From contig NC_000964.3 in assembly GCF_000009045.1 (NCBI RefSeq), forward strand, positions 3,870,001-3,902,000: a stretch of DNA of 32,000 nucleotides, given 5' to 3'. The position numbers were made by a program, and so were the translations under genes. This DNA comes from Bacillus subtilis subsp. subtilis str. 168. Lineage in GTDB: Bacteria > Bacillota > Bacilli > Bacillales > Bacillaceae. A model generated the notes under the pieces. The model was not told the origin of the DNA and did not search any database. It was given only the letters and a program-made list of their open reading frames with translations. Below are positions 31,863 to 32,000 of this stretch, one piece after another; positions within the stretch are counted from its first letter, which is position 1, and each line of letters starts with the position of its first letter.

Positions 31863-31867
31863 CCTGT

Positions 31868-32000
31868 TTATTTGATTTTTAAATTGTTTGCAGATTTCCT
31901 CAAAAATGTTTCTATCGACTGAACAAAAAGTGCATATTCCTTCATTTGTTCATATGCCCGCGTGAGAATTTCCGCCGTTTCACTGTGCGGCGTTGTTCCG
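31868..32000 (-). CDS. 3' end of a small hypothetical protein, probably ywdA. The gene runs off the right edge of the window.
   Basis: The minus-strand frame is open from 32000 down to a TAA at 31868..31870. It encodes ..GTTPHSETAEILTRAYEQMKEYALFVQSIETFLRKSANNLKIK and is followed by its own terminator. The identity is inferred from position only. Confidence 0.45.
   Translation of the reverse strand, partial: GTTPHSETAEILTRAYEQMKEYALFVQSIETFLRKSANNLKIK

Overview
This window reads as ordinary core chromosome of Bacillus subtilis (168-like). That identification rests on my recall of protein sequences and gene order, not on a database search.

Gene order, with nearly everything on the minus strand:
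- bacE (5' part), then bacD, bacC, bacB, bacA: bacilysin dipeptide-antibiotic operon
- ywfA: MFS transporter
- rocC, rocB, rocA and rocG: arginine/ornithine catabolism, with two sigma-54 promoters and a shared RocR enhancer
- yweA: BslA paralog
- spsL, K, J, I, G, F, E, D, C, B, A: 11-gene spore-crust polysaccharide operon (dTDP-rhamnose plus legionaminic-acid branches)
- gerQ (+)
- ywdK, ywdJ, ywdI
- ywdH (+)
- ung, ywdF, ywdE, ywdD, ywzG
- pdxK (+)
- 3' end of a small minus-strand ORF, probably ywdA

I found no rRNA, tRNA, CRISPR array, transposase, integrase, prophage remnant or defence-island signature.

Many long ORFs in the six-frame track are antisense shadows of real genes or upstream extensions. 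I trimmed starts using Shine-Dalgarno placement and recalled protein lengths.

I do not see convincing evidence for a wholly new system. The least-characterised biology here is:
- the PadR-type regulator (ywzG), translationally overlapped with a DUF1700/HAAS-like membrane protein (ywdD)
- the unterminated gene string that follows it: ywdE, ywdF, ung
- a perfect 19-bp palindrome in front of ywdE
- the orphan small protein YwdI
- the unassigned large transferase SpsB

The other findings are structural: the shared sigma-54 enhancer, heavy use of non-ATG starts and overlapping junctions in sps, intercistronic hairpins, and palindromes upstream of yweA.
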